A DNA stretch of 64,000 bases from Candidatus Thorarchaeota archaeon (GCA_029855935.1 JAGSHN010000027.1:96001-160000), one strand, 5' to 3'; numbered from the stretch's first letter, positions 37,209-47,734 are shown. Notes: generated by a model not told the origin, from the letters alone. Made by a program: numbers and translations.

Positions 37209-38945
37209 ATGGATGAGAAGCTTCTCAGGCTCCGCCATTCATTGGCACACGTTATGGCTCAGGCCGTTCTCGAGCTGTTCCCAGATGCAAAGCTGGGAAT
37301 AGGTCCTGCGATTGAAGACGGCTTCTACTACGACTTTCTCCTTCCGCGGCCTCTCACGCCCGAGGACCTGAAGGAGATAGAGACCATTATGCGACGCAGC
37401 ATAAAGGAGAAGCACGACTTCATCAGGGAGGAGATAACACGAGAGCAGGCCCTTGAGATGTTCAAAGATCAGCCGTTCAAGATTGAACTCATCAACGACC
37501 TCCCGCCTGACGAGACAATCAGCATCTACCGGCACGACGGCTTCGTCGACCTGTGTCGCGGACCACATGTGTCAAACACTGGAGATATCCCGCCGAAGGC
37601 CTTCAAGCTACTTGAGGTGTCGGGTGCGTACTGGCGGGGCAATGAGAAGAATCCACAGCTCCAGAGAATCTATGGGACGGCCTTCTTCACGAAGGATGAG
37701 TTGAGGGCCTATCTCGACAGGCTGGAGGAGATACGCCAGAGAGACCACCGGAGGCTTGGCAAGGAGCTTGAGCTGTTCCATATGTCGGAGGCCATCGGGT
37801 CGGGTCTGGTACTATGGTTGCCAAAGGGCGCAGCCGTGAGAGCTGCTCTGGAGGACTACTGGAGACAGGCACACTTCAAGGCGGGCTACGAGTTGGTGTA
37901 CTCGCCTCACATCGCACGGCTTGACCTGTGGAAGACGAGCGGACACCTCGACTTCTACCGCGAGAATATGTACTCGCCCATCAAGATTGATGAGCAGGAA
38001 TACCAGATCAAGCCGATGAACTGCCCGTTCCACGTGCAGATGTACAAGATGCGAAAACGCAGCTACAGGGAGTTTCCCATTCGCTGGGCGGAGCTCGGTA
38101 CCGTATATCGCTACGAGCGTTCCGGTGTCCTCCACGGTCTGCTGAGAGTGAGAGGATTCACCCAGGACGACGCACACATCTTCTGCAGGCCAGACCAGCT
38201 CAACGATGAGATCACCAACATCCTGAACCTCAATCTCGATATACTGAGAACCTGCGGCTTTGAGGACTATGACATCTACCTGAGTACGAAGCCAGAGAAA
38301 TACGTCGGGTCGGACGAGTCCTGGGAGAAGGCCACAGACGCCCTCAGGAGGGCTCTTGAGACCATGGGACTCGAGTATCAGGTCGACCCCGGCGAGGGAG
38401 TCTTCTATGGTCCCAAGGTTGACATCAAGATACGCGATGCCCTAGGCCGTTCCTGGCAGTGTACGACCGTGCAGGTTGACTTCAATCTCCCCGAGAGGTT
38501 CGACCTGACCTATATCGCCGAGGATGGCGCAGAGCACCGTCCGATAATGATTCACCGTGCGCTGATGGGCTCGATGGAGAGATTCTTTGGCGTGCTGATC
38601 GAGCACTACAAGGGGGCATTTCCTGTCTGGATGGCGCCAGTGCAGGCGAGGCTCATTCCGATCACCGACGCCCAGCTCGACTACTGCTACGAAGTTGCGA
38701 GAGAGCTGCGCGATCTTGGTGTCCGTGTCGAGGTGGACGACGGACCAGAGAGAATGCAGAAGAAGATTCGAAATGCGCAGCTGGAGAAGGTGCCGTATCA
38801 GCTCGTCGTCGGAAAGCGAGAGGCGGAGAAGAGACAGGTCGCCGTTCGGCTCAGGACGAACGAGAATCTCGGGCCGATGTCCCTCGACGACTTCAAGGAG
38901 ATGGTCCTGCGCGTGATCAACACACGTTCTCTCAACCTGACATGA
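37209..38945 (+). CDS. thrS: Threonine--tRNA ligase, bacterial-type editing domain, no TGS domain
   Basis: RHSLAH, DLCRGPHV, RDHRRLG, KPMNCP, RVRGFTQDDAH, FYGPK and HRALMGSMERF. Confidence 0.97.
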   Translation: MDEKLLRLRHSLAHVMAQAVLELFPDAKLGIGPAIEDGFYYDFLLPRPLTPEDLKEIETIMRRSIKEKHDFIREEITREQALEMFKDQPFKIELINDLPPDETISIYRHDGFVDLCRGPHVSNTGDIPPKAFKLLEVSGAYWRGNEKNPQLQRIYGTAFFTKDELRAYLDRLEEIRQRDHRRLGKELELFHMSEAIGSGLVLWLPKGAAVRAALEDYWRQAHFKAGYELVYSPHIARLDLWKTSGHLDFYRENMYSPIKIDEQEYQIKPMNCPFHVQMYKMRKRSYREFPIRWAELGTVYRYERSGVLHGLLRVRGFTQDDAHIFCRPDQLNDEITNILNLNLDILRTCGFEDYDIYLSTKPEKYVGSDESWEKATDALRRALETMGLEYQVDPGEGVFYGPKVDIKIRDALGRSWQCTTVQVDFNLPERFDLTYIAEDGAEHRPIMIHRALMGSMERFFGVLIEHYKGAFPVWMAPVQARLIPITDAQLDYCYEVARELRDLGVRVEVDDGPERMQKKIRNAQLEKVPYQLVVGKREAEKRQVAVRLRTNENLGPMSLDDFKEMVLRVINTRSLNLT

Positions 38946-39010
38946 GTCATTGCGAACACACTGAAAGGTTATATGCCCAGCAGGTGTGCGAACTCTGAGG
39001 AAATGGGTCG

Positions 39011-40531
39011 ATGAGAGAGGCAGAGGCACCAATATCGAGAGTCACTGTCCTTACGGATGGCGCCCGCATCACACGTACAGCGAGAGTCTTGTTGCCGAAG
39101 GGAACACATCATCTCGTGGTCAAGGGTATCACAGGGCTTGCCCTTGAGGACAGCTTTCGTGTGACTGGAAGAGGTCCTGCCGTCCTGTCGTCAATCGATG
39201 TCAAGAGCGAGTCGAGAGTGTACTCTCCCGAGGAGGAGAGGAGAAAGGCCCTTCTGGAACAGCTCAGGTCATTGCAGAAGAAGAGGCAAGAGGTCGCAGA
39301 CGAGATAGACGTGGACAATGCAAGCGTCGTTCAACTCGATATGATGGCGTCTGAGTTCGCAGCGATAGCAGCACCTCTGCTCGCCAGCGGTGAGTCAGCG
39401 GCTGAGGACGCGCTGGGGTTCTACAGGGAGATCACCGAGGCCAAGACCGAACTGCAGCGCAGAATTCGGACTAATGAGCAGGAGCTAGGAAGACTCGATG
39501 AGCAGATCGAGGCGGTCAAGGACAATCTCACTGAGATTGGCGCAGATGCGAGAACGGAGCCGGTGTACAATGTCGAGATTCATATCGAGATGAAAAGTGA
39601 GGGAAGTCTTGAGCTCGACGTGACGTACCACGTCTCCGACGCGTTCTGGACGCCAGCCTATGATGTCCACCTCTCAGACAGAACTGCCCGTATCACCCGC
39701 CTTGCGATGGTGACAAATCATACCAGAGAGGATTGGTCGAAGGTTCCACTTGTTGTGTCCACTGCATCATCAAGACCTGTGGAGATTAGAGAACCGACAC
39801 CGTGGTTCGTCGATGAGGCGGCACAAGTCGAGCTAGATGTTCTTGCGCGCTCCATTGAGGCTGGCGCTCCGCCGGGCGTGGCAGGAGCACCACGGGTCAA
39901 GGAGTCCCGCGAGATTGGTGGAACAGTGACATACGAGGTGGAGAAACCCGTGACAATCCCGACTGGTCGGAGCCGGCATCCAGTTCGGCTCGCTGAGGAG
40001 GTCCTCGATAGCAAGACTATGTACTACTGGTACGCCGACAAGATGGCCGATGTTGTTGCCCACGACGAGGTGACCAATGGCCAGAGTGTGTTGCTCCGGG
40101 GCGAGGCAAAGGTCTTCCAAGACGGAGAATACGTGGGCCAGTCCGTCATCCCGCTAGTGGCGCCGGGCGAAACGTTCAAGGTGGGCACAAGGCGGACCTA
40201 CGACGTACGTGCGGAGAAGAAGCTGAAGAAGCGGGTTGTTGAGAAGGCAGGCATCACACGAGGGAAGAAGAGGCGGTCCTACGAGTACGAGCTGAGAGTC
40301 GAGAACCACTCAGAGAACGAGATTGAGATCGAGATCCTAGACAGAATACCCCACAGCGAGGACCCGGAGATAGAGGTCCATATCGATGTCGATCGACTCG
40401 GAGTCGAGGAGTTCAGACTTGGGATACTGAAGTGGAGACGAACGATATTGCCGGGAGAGAGCATCACAATCACGTATTCCTTTGAGGTCGTCTGGAACAA
40501 GGACATCACCGTCGTGCCCCCTCTCCCCTGA
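39011..40531 (+). CDS. DUF4140/DUF4139 (MuiA-like) protein, copy 1
   Basis: VTVLTDGARITR, coiled coil, WTPAYD, NHTREDW..VST, DRIPHS and GILKW. Confidence 0.85.
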   Translation: MREAEAPISRVTVLTDGARITRTARVLLPKGTHHLVVKGITGLALEDSFRVTGRGPAVLSSIDVKSESRVYSPEEERRKALLEQLRSLQKKRQEVADEIDVDNASVVQLDMMASEFAAIAAPLLASGESAAEDALGFYREITEAKTELQRRIRTNEQELGRLDEQIEAVKDNLTEIGADARTEPVYNVEIHIEMKSEGSLELDVTYHVSDAFWTPAYDVHLSDRTARITRLAMVTNHTREDWSKVPLVVSTASSRPVEIREPTPWFVDEAAQVELDVLARSIEAGAPPGVAGAPRVKESREIGGTVTYEVEKPVTIPTGRSRHPVRLAEEVLDSKTMYYWYADKMADVVAHDEVTNGQSVLLRGEAKVFQDGEYVGQSVIPLVAPGETFKVGTRRTYDVRAEKKLKKRVVEKAGITRGKKRRSYEYELRVENHSENEIEIEILDRIPHSEDPEIEVHIDVDRLGVEEFRLGILKWRRTILPGESITITYSFEVVWNKDITVVPPLP

Positions 40532-40573
40532 CTATATGTGATGAGATGAGAGACACAGGAGGAAGACTGAGGG

Positions 40574-42145
40574 ATGATTGAACTCAGGACAAAGACGACC
40601 GAGGTCACGGTCTTCATCAATGGCGCTCGCGTGACGCGTGCCGGTCAGATAGAGCTCGGCGAGGGAAGACATGACGTCAAAGTCACTGGTCTCAGTCCTT
40701 GGACTGACGAGAGCAGCATCAGAGTCCGTGGGCTTGCCGACGCGATGCTGATAGGTATCGCCACTGGAACTGAAACAGCACCAATCGAGGACAGGGAACG
40801 GATTGCAGAGCTTGAAGAGAGGCTCAGGGAGCTAGAACTGGAGAAGGCGAACATCGAGGATATCATCAGTGCCGACCGTGCCGAGCAGGAATACCTCACC
40901 AACTTGGCTAGGGGTGCTGCGCTCGACGTCGCACGCACAGCCGCACTGTCGAAAGACGTCAAGGCGAAGGATGTCCTGAACTTGTCAAGAGGAATACGCG
41001 AGAGGATCATGCGCATCAAGGAGGCCGGAAGAGAGAACGCCTTTAGGCTTGAAGACATTAAGAGGCAGATCGAGGCCCTGCGTCAGACCATTGATGAGAT
41101 GAAGGCCGGGCACGAGAGGGTGAAGCGGACAGTAGTCATACTCACTGTCCAAGTGCCAAAGAAGACAACGCTAGACATTGGACTCTCGTATCAGGTCGAC
41201 GATGCCGGGTGGTCACCGAGGTACGATGTCGACCTCGGACGAGAGAAGTCGACCATACGAAGGATTGCGATGGTCAGGAATCGGACCGAAGAGGACTGGA
41301 CTGATGTCCAGATGGTGGTCTCGACCGCATCCGCGCAGCCTGCTGAGGCAATAGAGCCCACGCCATTCTATATCAGAAGGTTCGTTCCGAGGCCTCGCCC
41401 CATGCCGAGAGCTCGTGTCAAGAAGAAACGCGAGAGGCCCGAACCTGCCATGGCATATGCTGCTGCAGCCCCACCTGCGCCTCCAGAGATGCCCAACATT
41501 GAGGAGGAGTTCGCGGAGGTGGAGACAGGAACGGGGGGCGTGATGAGTTACAAGATACCCGGCGCCATCACCATTCTGTCGGGGGAGTCGCCCCAGCCTG
41601 TGACTCTGATCGAGGAGGAGTTGGAGTCGGAGAGGCTGTACTTCTGGAACGCAGCAGAAGAGGACGTGGCTGTGGTCGCAGAGAGACTGACGAACGGCGA
41701 TGCGACGTTGCTGGAGGGCCCCGCCAAGATCTACGCAGGGGGTGAGTACATTGGCGAGAGCAGGATAGGGCTTGTGGCCCCCCGGGAGGAGTTCAGGCTT
41801 GGTGCGCGAACCGCCCACGATGTCCGCGTCGAGAAGAAGCTCCTGTCCAAGAAGGCAGAGAAGGCTGGTGTGCGAGGCAAGAACCGAATAGAGTACGAGT
41901 ACGAACTGATTGTGAAGAACTTCTCGGGAGAGAGAATCAAGATCGAGATAGTAGACACGATACCTCATAGTTCGTCAGAGAAGATCCGCGTTGAACTTGA
42001 GGACGTCTCCGTCCCATACAAGTCGATGGAGCTGGGAGTACTTACTTGGGAGATTGAGATGGAGAAGGGACAGGAGACCAATGTCAGGTATCGCTTCGAG
42101 GTTGAGTGGGAACGTGACGTGATGGTCACGCCACCACTGCCGTAG
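40574..42145 (+). CDS. DUF4140/DUF4139 (MuiA-like) protein, copy 2
   Basis: VTVFINGARVTR, WSPRYD, NRTEEDW, DTIPHS and GVLTW; same PPLP C-terminus as copy 1. Confidence 0.85.
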   Translation: MIELRTKTTEVTVFINGARVTRAGQIELGEGRHDVKVTGLSPWTDESSIRVRGLADAMLIGIATGTETAPIEDRERIAELEERLRELELEKANIEDIISADRAEQEYLTNLARGAALDVARTAALSKDVKAKDVLNLSRGIRERIMRIKEAGRENAFRLEDIKRQIEALRQTIDEMKAGHERVKRTVVILTVQVPKKTTLDIGLSYQVDDAGWSPRYDVDLGREKSTIRRIAMVRNRTEEDWTDVQMVVSTASAQPAEAIEPTPFYIRRFVPRPRPMPRARVKKKRERPEPAMAYAAAAPPAPPEMPNIEEEFAEVETGTGGVMSYKIPGAITILSGESPQPVTLIEEELESERLYFWNAAEEDVAVVAERLTNGDATLLEGPAKIYAGGEYIGESRIGLVAPREEFRLGARTAHDVRVEKKLLSKKAEKAGVRGKNRIEYEYELIVKNFSGERIKIEIVDTIPHSSSEKIRVELEDVSVPYKSMELGVLTWEIEMEKGQETNVRYRFEVEWERDVMVTPPLP

Positions 42146-42237
42146 AGGAAGATAGGCACGAGAGAGACTCGTCAGTCCTACTACGAAACGGGCAGGCCGA
42201 GAGGCCAGATAGGCCTCAGGCCACACGAAGTGTCACA

Positions 42238-43584
42238 TCACATCTTCGCAAGCTCGTCCATCACAAAGACGGCGCGCTTGGCCGACCTGACAAAGTTGTC
42301 GATCTTGATGCTCTCGTTAGGGGAGTGAGCCCTCGAGTCATAGTCGCCACATCCGACGGACACGAAGGGCACAAGGCCTCTGAACAGGTAGAGCGGGCCT
42401 GAGCCTGCACTGGTCGGATGGATGACAGGACGGTGACCAAATGCTCTCTCCGTCGCCCGCGAGACGGCCTCCACGAACGGGTGGTCGACAGGGGTCTTTG
42501 CTGCAGGGTAGCCTTCCGACCAGGCGATCTTGACGTTCTGGAAACCGTGCTGGTCGAGATGTTTCCTGAGCAGTCTCAGGATGGTCTCAGGGTCCTGCGA
42601 CTCAACGAGCCTGAAGTCCACCTTCGCGCTTGCCTCTGCGGGAAGCACGGTCATCGATCCGGGTCCCTGATATCCCGTGGTAATTCCACGGATGTTGCAG
42701 GACGGGGATCCATAGTATCTCTCCTTGAGAGCATCGCCGCTCAGACCGAGAACGAACTGGTCGATGCCGTAGTGATGCTTCATCTCCTCCTCGTGAACAT
42801 CGATTACAGCAATGGCCTCCCTCTCTGGCTCGGTGAGGGGTCTGACATCGTCATAGAACCCCTCAATCAGGATATTCTCTTCCGGATCCTTCAACGAGTC
42901 GAGTGCGCGAACGAGGGTGTAGGCCGCGGAGGGCAGTATGCACGACATCGATGAGTGGGCGTCGTGGGAGAGGCCTCGGACCTCCAGCTGAACGTACACT
43001 ATTCCCTTCAGGCCCAGCCAGGCCTCTTGCCGCCCGTCCAGTCCCTCGCCACCAAACTCCCAGATCCCACCATCAGCACTCACAAAGTCCCGGTTGGCAC
43101 GTACGAACTCCTCAAGATGGGGACTGCTAATCTCCTCCTCCCCCTCAACAACGAAGCGGACGTTGACTGGTGGGTCAAGTCCCGACTCTGTGAGAGCACG
43201 GACTGCCCAGATTCGGGAGACAAGGTCGCCCTTGTTGTCAGCCACGCCACGGCCGTAGATCCGCCCATCCCGAATCTCCGGTTCAAAGGGCGGGCTATCC
43301 CACATGTCCAAGTCACCGGCGGGCTGGACATCATAGTGGTTGTAGAACAGTAGTGTGCGCTTGGCATCGACATCGAGTTCTGCAGTGACCACCGACGCCC
43401 CCGAAGTGGGATGGATTGTGGCTTTCATTCCGGCCGCCTCAAGCATCTTGGCAACGGCCTCAGCAGCCCGTTCCATACTATCTCCGCCCTCGGCCGCGAC
43501 CGAGGGGATGCGAACCAGATGAATGAGATCGCGAAGAGCGTCCTCAGTATGATTGTCGATGAAGCTCAATATCTCCTCGTCCAT
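42238..43584 (-). CDS. M20/M25/M40 family metallo-dipeptidase
   Basis: YNHYDVQP, GRGVADNKG, EGEEEISS and AHSPNE; ATG 43584 preferred. Confidence 0.92.
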   Translation of the reverse strand: MDEEILSFIDNHTEDALRDLIHLVRIPSVAAEGGDSMERAAEAVAKMLEAAGMKATIHPTSGASVVTAELDVDAKRTLLFYNHYDVQPAGDLDMWDSPPFEPEIRDGRIYGRGVADNKGDLVSRIWAVRALTESGLDPPVNVRFVVEGEEEISSPHLEEFVRANRDFVSADGGIWEFGGEGLDGRQEAWLGLKGIVYVQLEVRGLSHDAHSSMSCILPSAAYTLVRALDSLKDPEENILIEGFYDDVRPLTEPEREAIAVIDVHEEEMKHHYGIDQFVLGLSGDALKERYYGSPSCNIRGITTGYQGPGSMTVLPAEASAKVDFRLVESQDPETILRLLRKHLDQHGFQNVKIAWSEGYPAAKTPVDHPFVEAVSRATERAFGHRPVIHPTSAGSGPLYLFRGLVPFVSVGCGDYDSRAHSPNESIKIDNFVRSAKRAVFVMDELAKM

Positions 43585-43760
43585 TTCTCTCTCCGTCTCT
43601 CTACTGGGGACAGACTGTGTGATATTCTCTGCGGTGTCCACAGTGGAACAACACGCTCTGCTCTCCGGAGGCCGGACCGTCACTGTGTAGGAGAGCCAAG
43701 ACCATAGAGGGAACGCTAGGAGAGGCCTGGGTCTCGGGTCCGAGCGGAGTCACGTGGATA

Positions 43761-44078
43761 CTACGTCACGGCCTCGACCTTGTCTTCCATCTTCCGTGGC
43801 TTGTCACGCCGATCGTCAATCCTCAGTAGAGTGGACACTCTCTTCGCGCCCGCCCTGAACATTGCTTCGTGTGCAGCCCTTGTGACCTCCAAGACCTGTT
43901 CCACTGTGTCTGCCTCGATGATTGAGCTCATAGGTGTATGCAGGACCCGTATTCCCGGAAACGAGTCTATGGCCCTCACCGACTCGCGAACGTACTTGCT
44001 CAGGCTGGTACCGACCCCGAAAGGGGCCACTACAAGCTCAGCGATGACCTTTGTACTCGTCTCATCACTTTCCGACAT
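43761..44078 (-). CDS. MTH1187/YkoF-like thiamine-binding protein
   Basis: APFGVGTSLSKYV, TPMSSIIE and RVSTLLRIDDRRDK..MEDKV. Confidence 0.9.
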   Translation of the reverse strand: MSESDETSTKVIAELVVAPFGVGTSLSKYVRESVRAIDSFPGIRVLHTPMSSIIEADTVEQVLEVTRAAHEAMFRAGAKRVSTLLRIDDRRDKPRKMEDKVEAVT

Positions 44079-44251
44079 CGCACAGACTGGCCTCCTTCTG
44101 TCACTAAGGGCCACCCCGCGCGGCCGACGCCCGCTGGCCGAGCCCTGACCGCCGAGTCGGTGGCCAGTGTGACCGTCGTCCTCCTATTGCAGTCTCTGAG
44201 TGAAACCTCAAGGGCGCCATATTAATATCGCTGAGAGTGTTCTGATGATGC

Positions 44252-44905
44252 ATGGGAAGACGGAAGGCTGGGATTATCATTGTCCTGCTCCTTATCGCAG
44301 CTGGCGCACTGTGGTACCTGAGGTACCGTCCGGGAGACGGCGCCCCACAGTCATTTGACACGGGAGGACGCTACGACGATTCCGTGCTGGATGATATGGG
44401 AGTGATCTACACCAATAGGTCCGACATCTACGCCTTCAATGAGGGATACAGCGAGAGCGACAATTGTCCCTGGGGATTCGTGCACAACGGGATAGACTAC
44501 TTCTTCAGGAACAGTTCCACAGTGATAGCCGCTGCGCCAGGCCGAGTGGAGAGAATCGAGCCGACAGACTACGGGGAGGGCGCGTTCAACAGATATCGGA
44601 TAGAGGTCGCCATCAGGTTCAACGCGACAGTAGAGGTGATCTACAACTTCGAGCCCTTCACCCAAGACTCTAAGATGAGAGATCTTCAACTGTCTATGCT
44701 CAAGGTCGAGGTCGGTGACTGGGTGGCCAAAGGCGATGCCATTGCGACGTTTCTGTACTGCGCCGAGGGCGCGCACATCCACTTCGGTGTGGTCCAAGAC
44801 AACGAGTGGCGATGTCCTGCCCTGTATCTGTCGCAAGATGCGTACGGGGAGCTCCTCACTCTCGTTCACACATTTCACCCGGACTGGGACCTATGCTACC
44901 CCTGA
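44252..44905 (+). CDS. M23-family metallopeptidase with an N-terminal membrane anchor/signal
   Basis: HNGID, VIAAAPGRV, VEVGDWVAKGDAI and HIHF. Confidence 0.8.
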   Translation: MGRRKAGIIIVLLLIAAGALWYLRYRPGDGAPQSFDTGGRYDDSVLDDMGVIYTNRSDIYAFNEGYSESDNCPWGFVHNGIDYFFRNSSTVIAAAPGRVERIEPTDYGEGAFNRYRIEVAIRFNATVEVIYNFEPFTQDSKMRDLQLSMLKVEVGDWVAKGDAIATFLYCAEGAHIHFGVVQDNEWRCPALYLSQDAYGELLTLVHTFHPDWDLCYP

Positions 44906-44986
44906 GACCAACACTCGAAACTACGGTCCCGCCTTCGGATCTCCTAGGATAGGATTGCACCAGACGTGTAGTTGACACAGGCCGAT

Positions 44987-47734
44987 TCACGCCGCCTGTG
45001 AGCGTTGATGTCTGTCATATGCAATGGCAACGGCTATGCCTATGACTGCTCCGACACCGGCCGCCCCCGCTGTGATCAGAACGGTTGTCAATCCAGGCTC
45101 CTCACCTGTGACATTGCTGATCATTGTAGAGGTCGTGCCACCAGACGATGGTTCCACGATGAATGAGTAGTACTGGCCGCCGTTGTTGTCCAATGCCTCG
45201 TTGGAAACGGGCGAGGAGTCCGTAGCAGAGACATAGTACTCCACGCTCGCACCTGCCACAAAGGGTCCGAGTGTGACAATATAGGTTTCACCGTTCTGAG
45301 AATACATCATTGCGACAGACCACGTGCCCCGATTCACACGGTAGTGGAGCGCCACAGAGGCAACTCCTGAGTTGTCCGTCACGTTGGCGTAGAATGTCAC
45401 AGTCTCGTTGTCAAGCACTGCCGCCGGGCTGTGACGGACACCCAAGATTGTCGGGGCCACCGCGTCGGAGGGGATGACCGTGAAGGCATAGTAGACACCG
45501 TCGTTGTTGTCAAGTATGCTGTTGACGCCAGTCAGGTCGACCGCACGCAGGTAATACTCCACGGTCACACCAGCAGCAAATGGTCCGATTCTGCACGTGT
45601 ACAGCTGACCCGAACCTGTCGAGTCCATCTCAACAGCCGTCCACGCACCCCCGTCGATCCGGTAGAGCAGCTCCACCGTGGCCACACCAGTGTCGTCCGT
45701 GACCATCGTGGACACCGTGACGACATCGCAATCATCCGGAATCTCGGGCGAGTGGTCTGTCCTCCAGACCGCTGGAGAGCGCGAATCGGGCAGGAGATTG
45801 AGTATCTCCAGACCGTCTTTCTGATCCGCGACGTACGCATAGTCGCCCACTACAGCCACCGCGTAGGCTGCGCCACCATCGAAGAACTGGCCCACCTTCT
45901 CTGGGTTGGTGGGATCGCTGATGTCCACAATCTCAAGTCCGTTCCAATAGTCTGCCACATAGGCATAGTCTCCGACGACGGAGATGCCCATTGCAATCTC
46001 ACCGTCATAGAACTGGCCAACCTTGACCGGGCTTGTTGGACTGCTGATATTCAGTATCTCCAACCCGTCTACTCCATCGGCGACGTAGGCCAAGTCACCA
46101 ATGACGCAGACGTCCCTCGCAGCCCCGCCGTCGTAGAACTGGCCGACCTCTACGGGGTGAGTCGGATCGCTTACGTTGAGAATCTCCAGACCGTCGTCAT
46201 CGTCAGCAACATACGCGTAGTCACCCGACACGTAGACACTCCATGTCCATCCGGTGCTGTCCCAGAACTGACCGACTTTCGTCGGGCTTGTCGGGTCGGT
46301 CACATTCACGATGGCCACTCCAGACCACGTCTCCGCAACGAAGGCATAGTCACCGTCTACACAGACATCACACGCCCACCTACCGTCGTGAAACCTGCCA
46401 GCCATTACCGGACTTGTAGGATTGGTGACATCCACAATGACGAGTCCGTGATAGTCTTCCGCGACAAAGGCGAGGTCGTTGGTCACAAAAACACCCTGCG
46501 CGAATCCCTCACCATCGTTGTAGGCTCCAGCCAAGAAGGGGGTCGCGGGATCAGTGATATCGACTATCTGAAGGCCGTCATCCCAACCTGCCACGTAGGC
46601 GTAGTTCCCGACCACATCTATGCTCATCACCTCTGCGGCGTCATCGTAGTGCCCTACCGTCACAGGTGACGCAGGGTTGCTGACGTCAACAATCTCCAGA
46701 CCATCAACGTGGGACAACTGACTATCACCCACAAAGAAGGCGTAGTCTCCGGCTGCACACACACCCCACACATAGCCGTATTCATAGAGCTGACTGACTA
46801 TGGTGGGCCTCGTCGGGTCACTTACGTCAACAACCTTGGGGCCGCCACCATAGTCGGCGATGTAAGCGTAGTCTCCTGATACGTGTACACCAAAAACGTC
46901 CCCGTTCTCGTCGAATACTCCGACCAGAGCCGGAGCCGTCGGATTGCTGATATCAAGTACCTTCACGCCGCCACCGTAGTATGCCACATAAGCATATTCG
47001 CCCAGGACATACACATCCCAGGCCCAGCCGCTGTCGTCATGCCATTGTCCCAGCTCCACAGGGTTGCTTGGGTCACTTATGTCAACAATCTCAAGGCCAT
47101 CGTCGTAGTCAGCAACGTAGGCGATGCTCCCCGATACAAACACAGCCAAGGCCTCACCACTACCGTCATAGAATCGGCCATCCTTCACAGGGTTTGCAGG
47201 GTCACTGACATTGAAGATCTCAAGACCATTGGCCCCATCAGCAACATAGGCGTACTCACCTGATACGTAGACACTCCAGGCCTCTCCTCCGTCATAGTAG
47301 TGGCCAACAAGAGTGGGATTGGCTGGGTCGACAATGTCCACTATCACAAGACCGTTTCTCTGGTCTGCAACATAGGCGTACTCACCCGATACATAGACGC
47401 CCCTCACCTCGCTTGCGGTATCGTACTCGCCTACGAGGCGTGGCATCGTAGGGGCCGAGACGTTAATGATCTTCAGACCACCAAACGAGGCGGCCACGTA
47501 GGCAGACTCGCCCACGACCATCACGTCATAGTAGATGCCATCAAGCACATCAGATTCCTTCTTGAGAGCCACCTTTTCCTCTCCGGCAACTGTGTACGGT
47601 GCGACCACTCGATGCGTCTTCATCGCGCCGGCAGACTCTGGCGTCACTGTGACGCTTGCCCCCGAGAGCAGTGCGGCGCCTGCAACAGCAACCACGATGA
47701 GAAGAGTCATCAGCAGATTCAGAGACCTACTCAT
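44987..47734 (-). CDS. LVIVD-repeat surface protein (14 repeats, 2 Ig-like domains, C-terminal TM)
   Basis: 14 units of about 43 aa (YAYVAD..GLEI.DISDP..P..VG); YRIDGGAW..VEYY Ig domains; signal peptide and anchor. Confidence 0.9.
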   Translation of the reverse strand: MSRSLNLLMTLLIVVAVAGAALLSGASVTVTPESAGAMKTHRVVAPYTVAGEEKVALKKESDVLDGIYYDVMVVGESAYVAASFGGLKIINVSAPTMPRLVGEYDTASEVRGVYVSGEYAYVADQRNGLVIVDIVDPANPTLVGHYYDGGEAWSVYVSGEYAYVADGANGLEIFNVSDPANPVKDGRFYDGSGEALAVFVSGSIAYVADYDDGLEIVDISDPSNPVELGQWHDDSGWAWDVYVLGEYAYVAYYGGGVKVLDISNPTAPALVGVFDENGDVFGVHVSGDYAYIADYGGGPKVVDVSDPTRPTIVSQLYEYGYVWGVCAAGDYAFFVGDSQLSHVDGLEIVDVSNPASPVTVGHYDDAAEVMSIDVVGNYAYVAGWDDGLQIVDITDPATPFLAGAYNDGEGFAQGVFVTNDLAFVAEDYHGLVIVDVTNPTSPVMAGRFHDGRWACDVCVDGDYAFVAETWSGVAIVNVTDPTSPTKVGQFWDSTGWTWSVYVSGDYAYVADDDDGLEILNVSDPTHPVEVGQFYDGGAARDVCVIGDLAYVADGVDGLEILNISSPTSPVKVGQFYDGEIAMGISVVGDYAYVADYWNGLEIVDISDPTNPEKVGQFFDGGAAYAVAVVGDYAYVADQKDGLEILNLLPDSRSPAVWRTDHSPEIPDDCDVVTVSTMVTDDTGVATVELLYRIDGGAWTAVEMDSTGSGQLYTCRIGPFAAGVTVEYYLRAVDLTGVNSILDNNDGVYYAFTVIPSDAVAPTILGVRHSPAAVLDNETVTFYANVTDNSGVASVALHYRVNRGTWSVAMMYSQNGETYIVTLGPFVAGASVEYYVSATDSSPVSNEALDNNGGQYYSFIVEPSSGGTTSTMISNVTGEEPGLTTVLITAGAAGVGAVIGIAVAIAYDRHQRSQAA

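Noticed and set aside
40529-42145. Genome-wide reassignment of TAG to an amino acid
   Set aside because: TAG ends many complete genes here. The two DUF4139 paralogs end PPLP-TGA and PPLP-TAG at the same position, so any readthrough must be site-specific.
45800-47500. Periodic DNA repeats suggesting a CRISPR or tandem array
   Set aside because: They are degenerate ~129-nt coding LVIVD repeats with no identical repeat-spacer structure.
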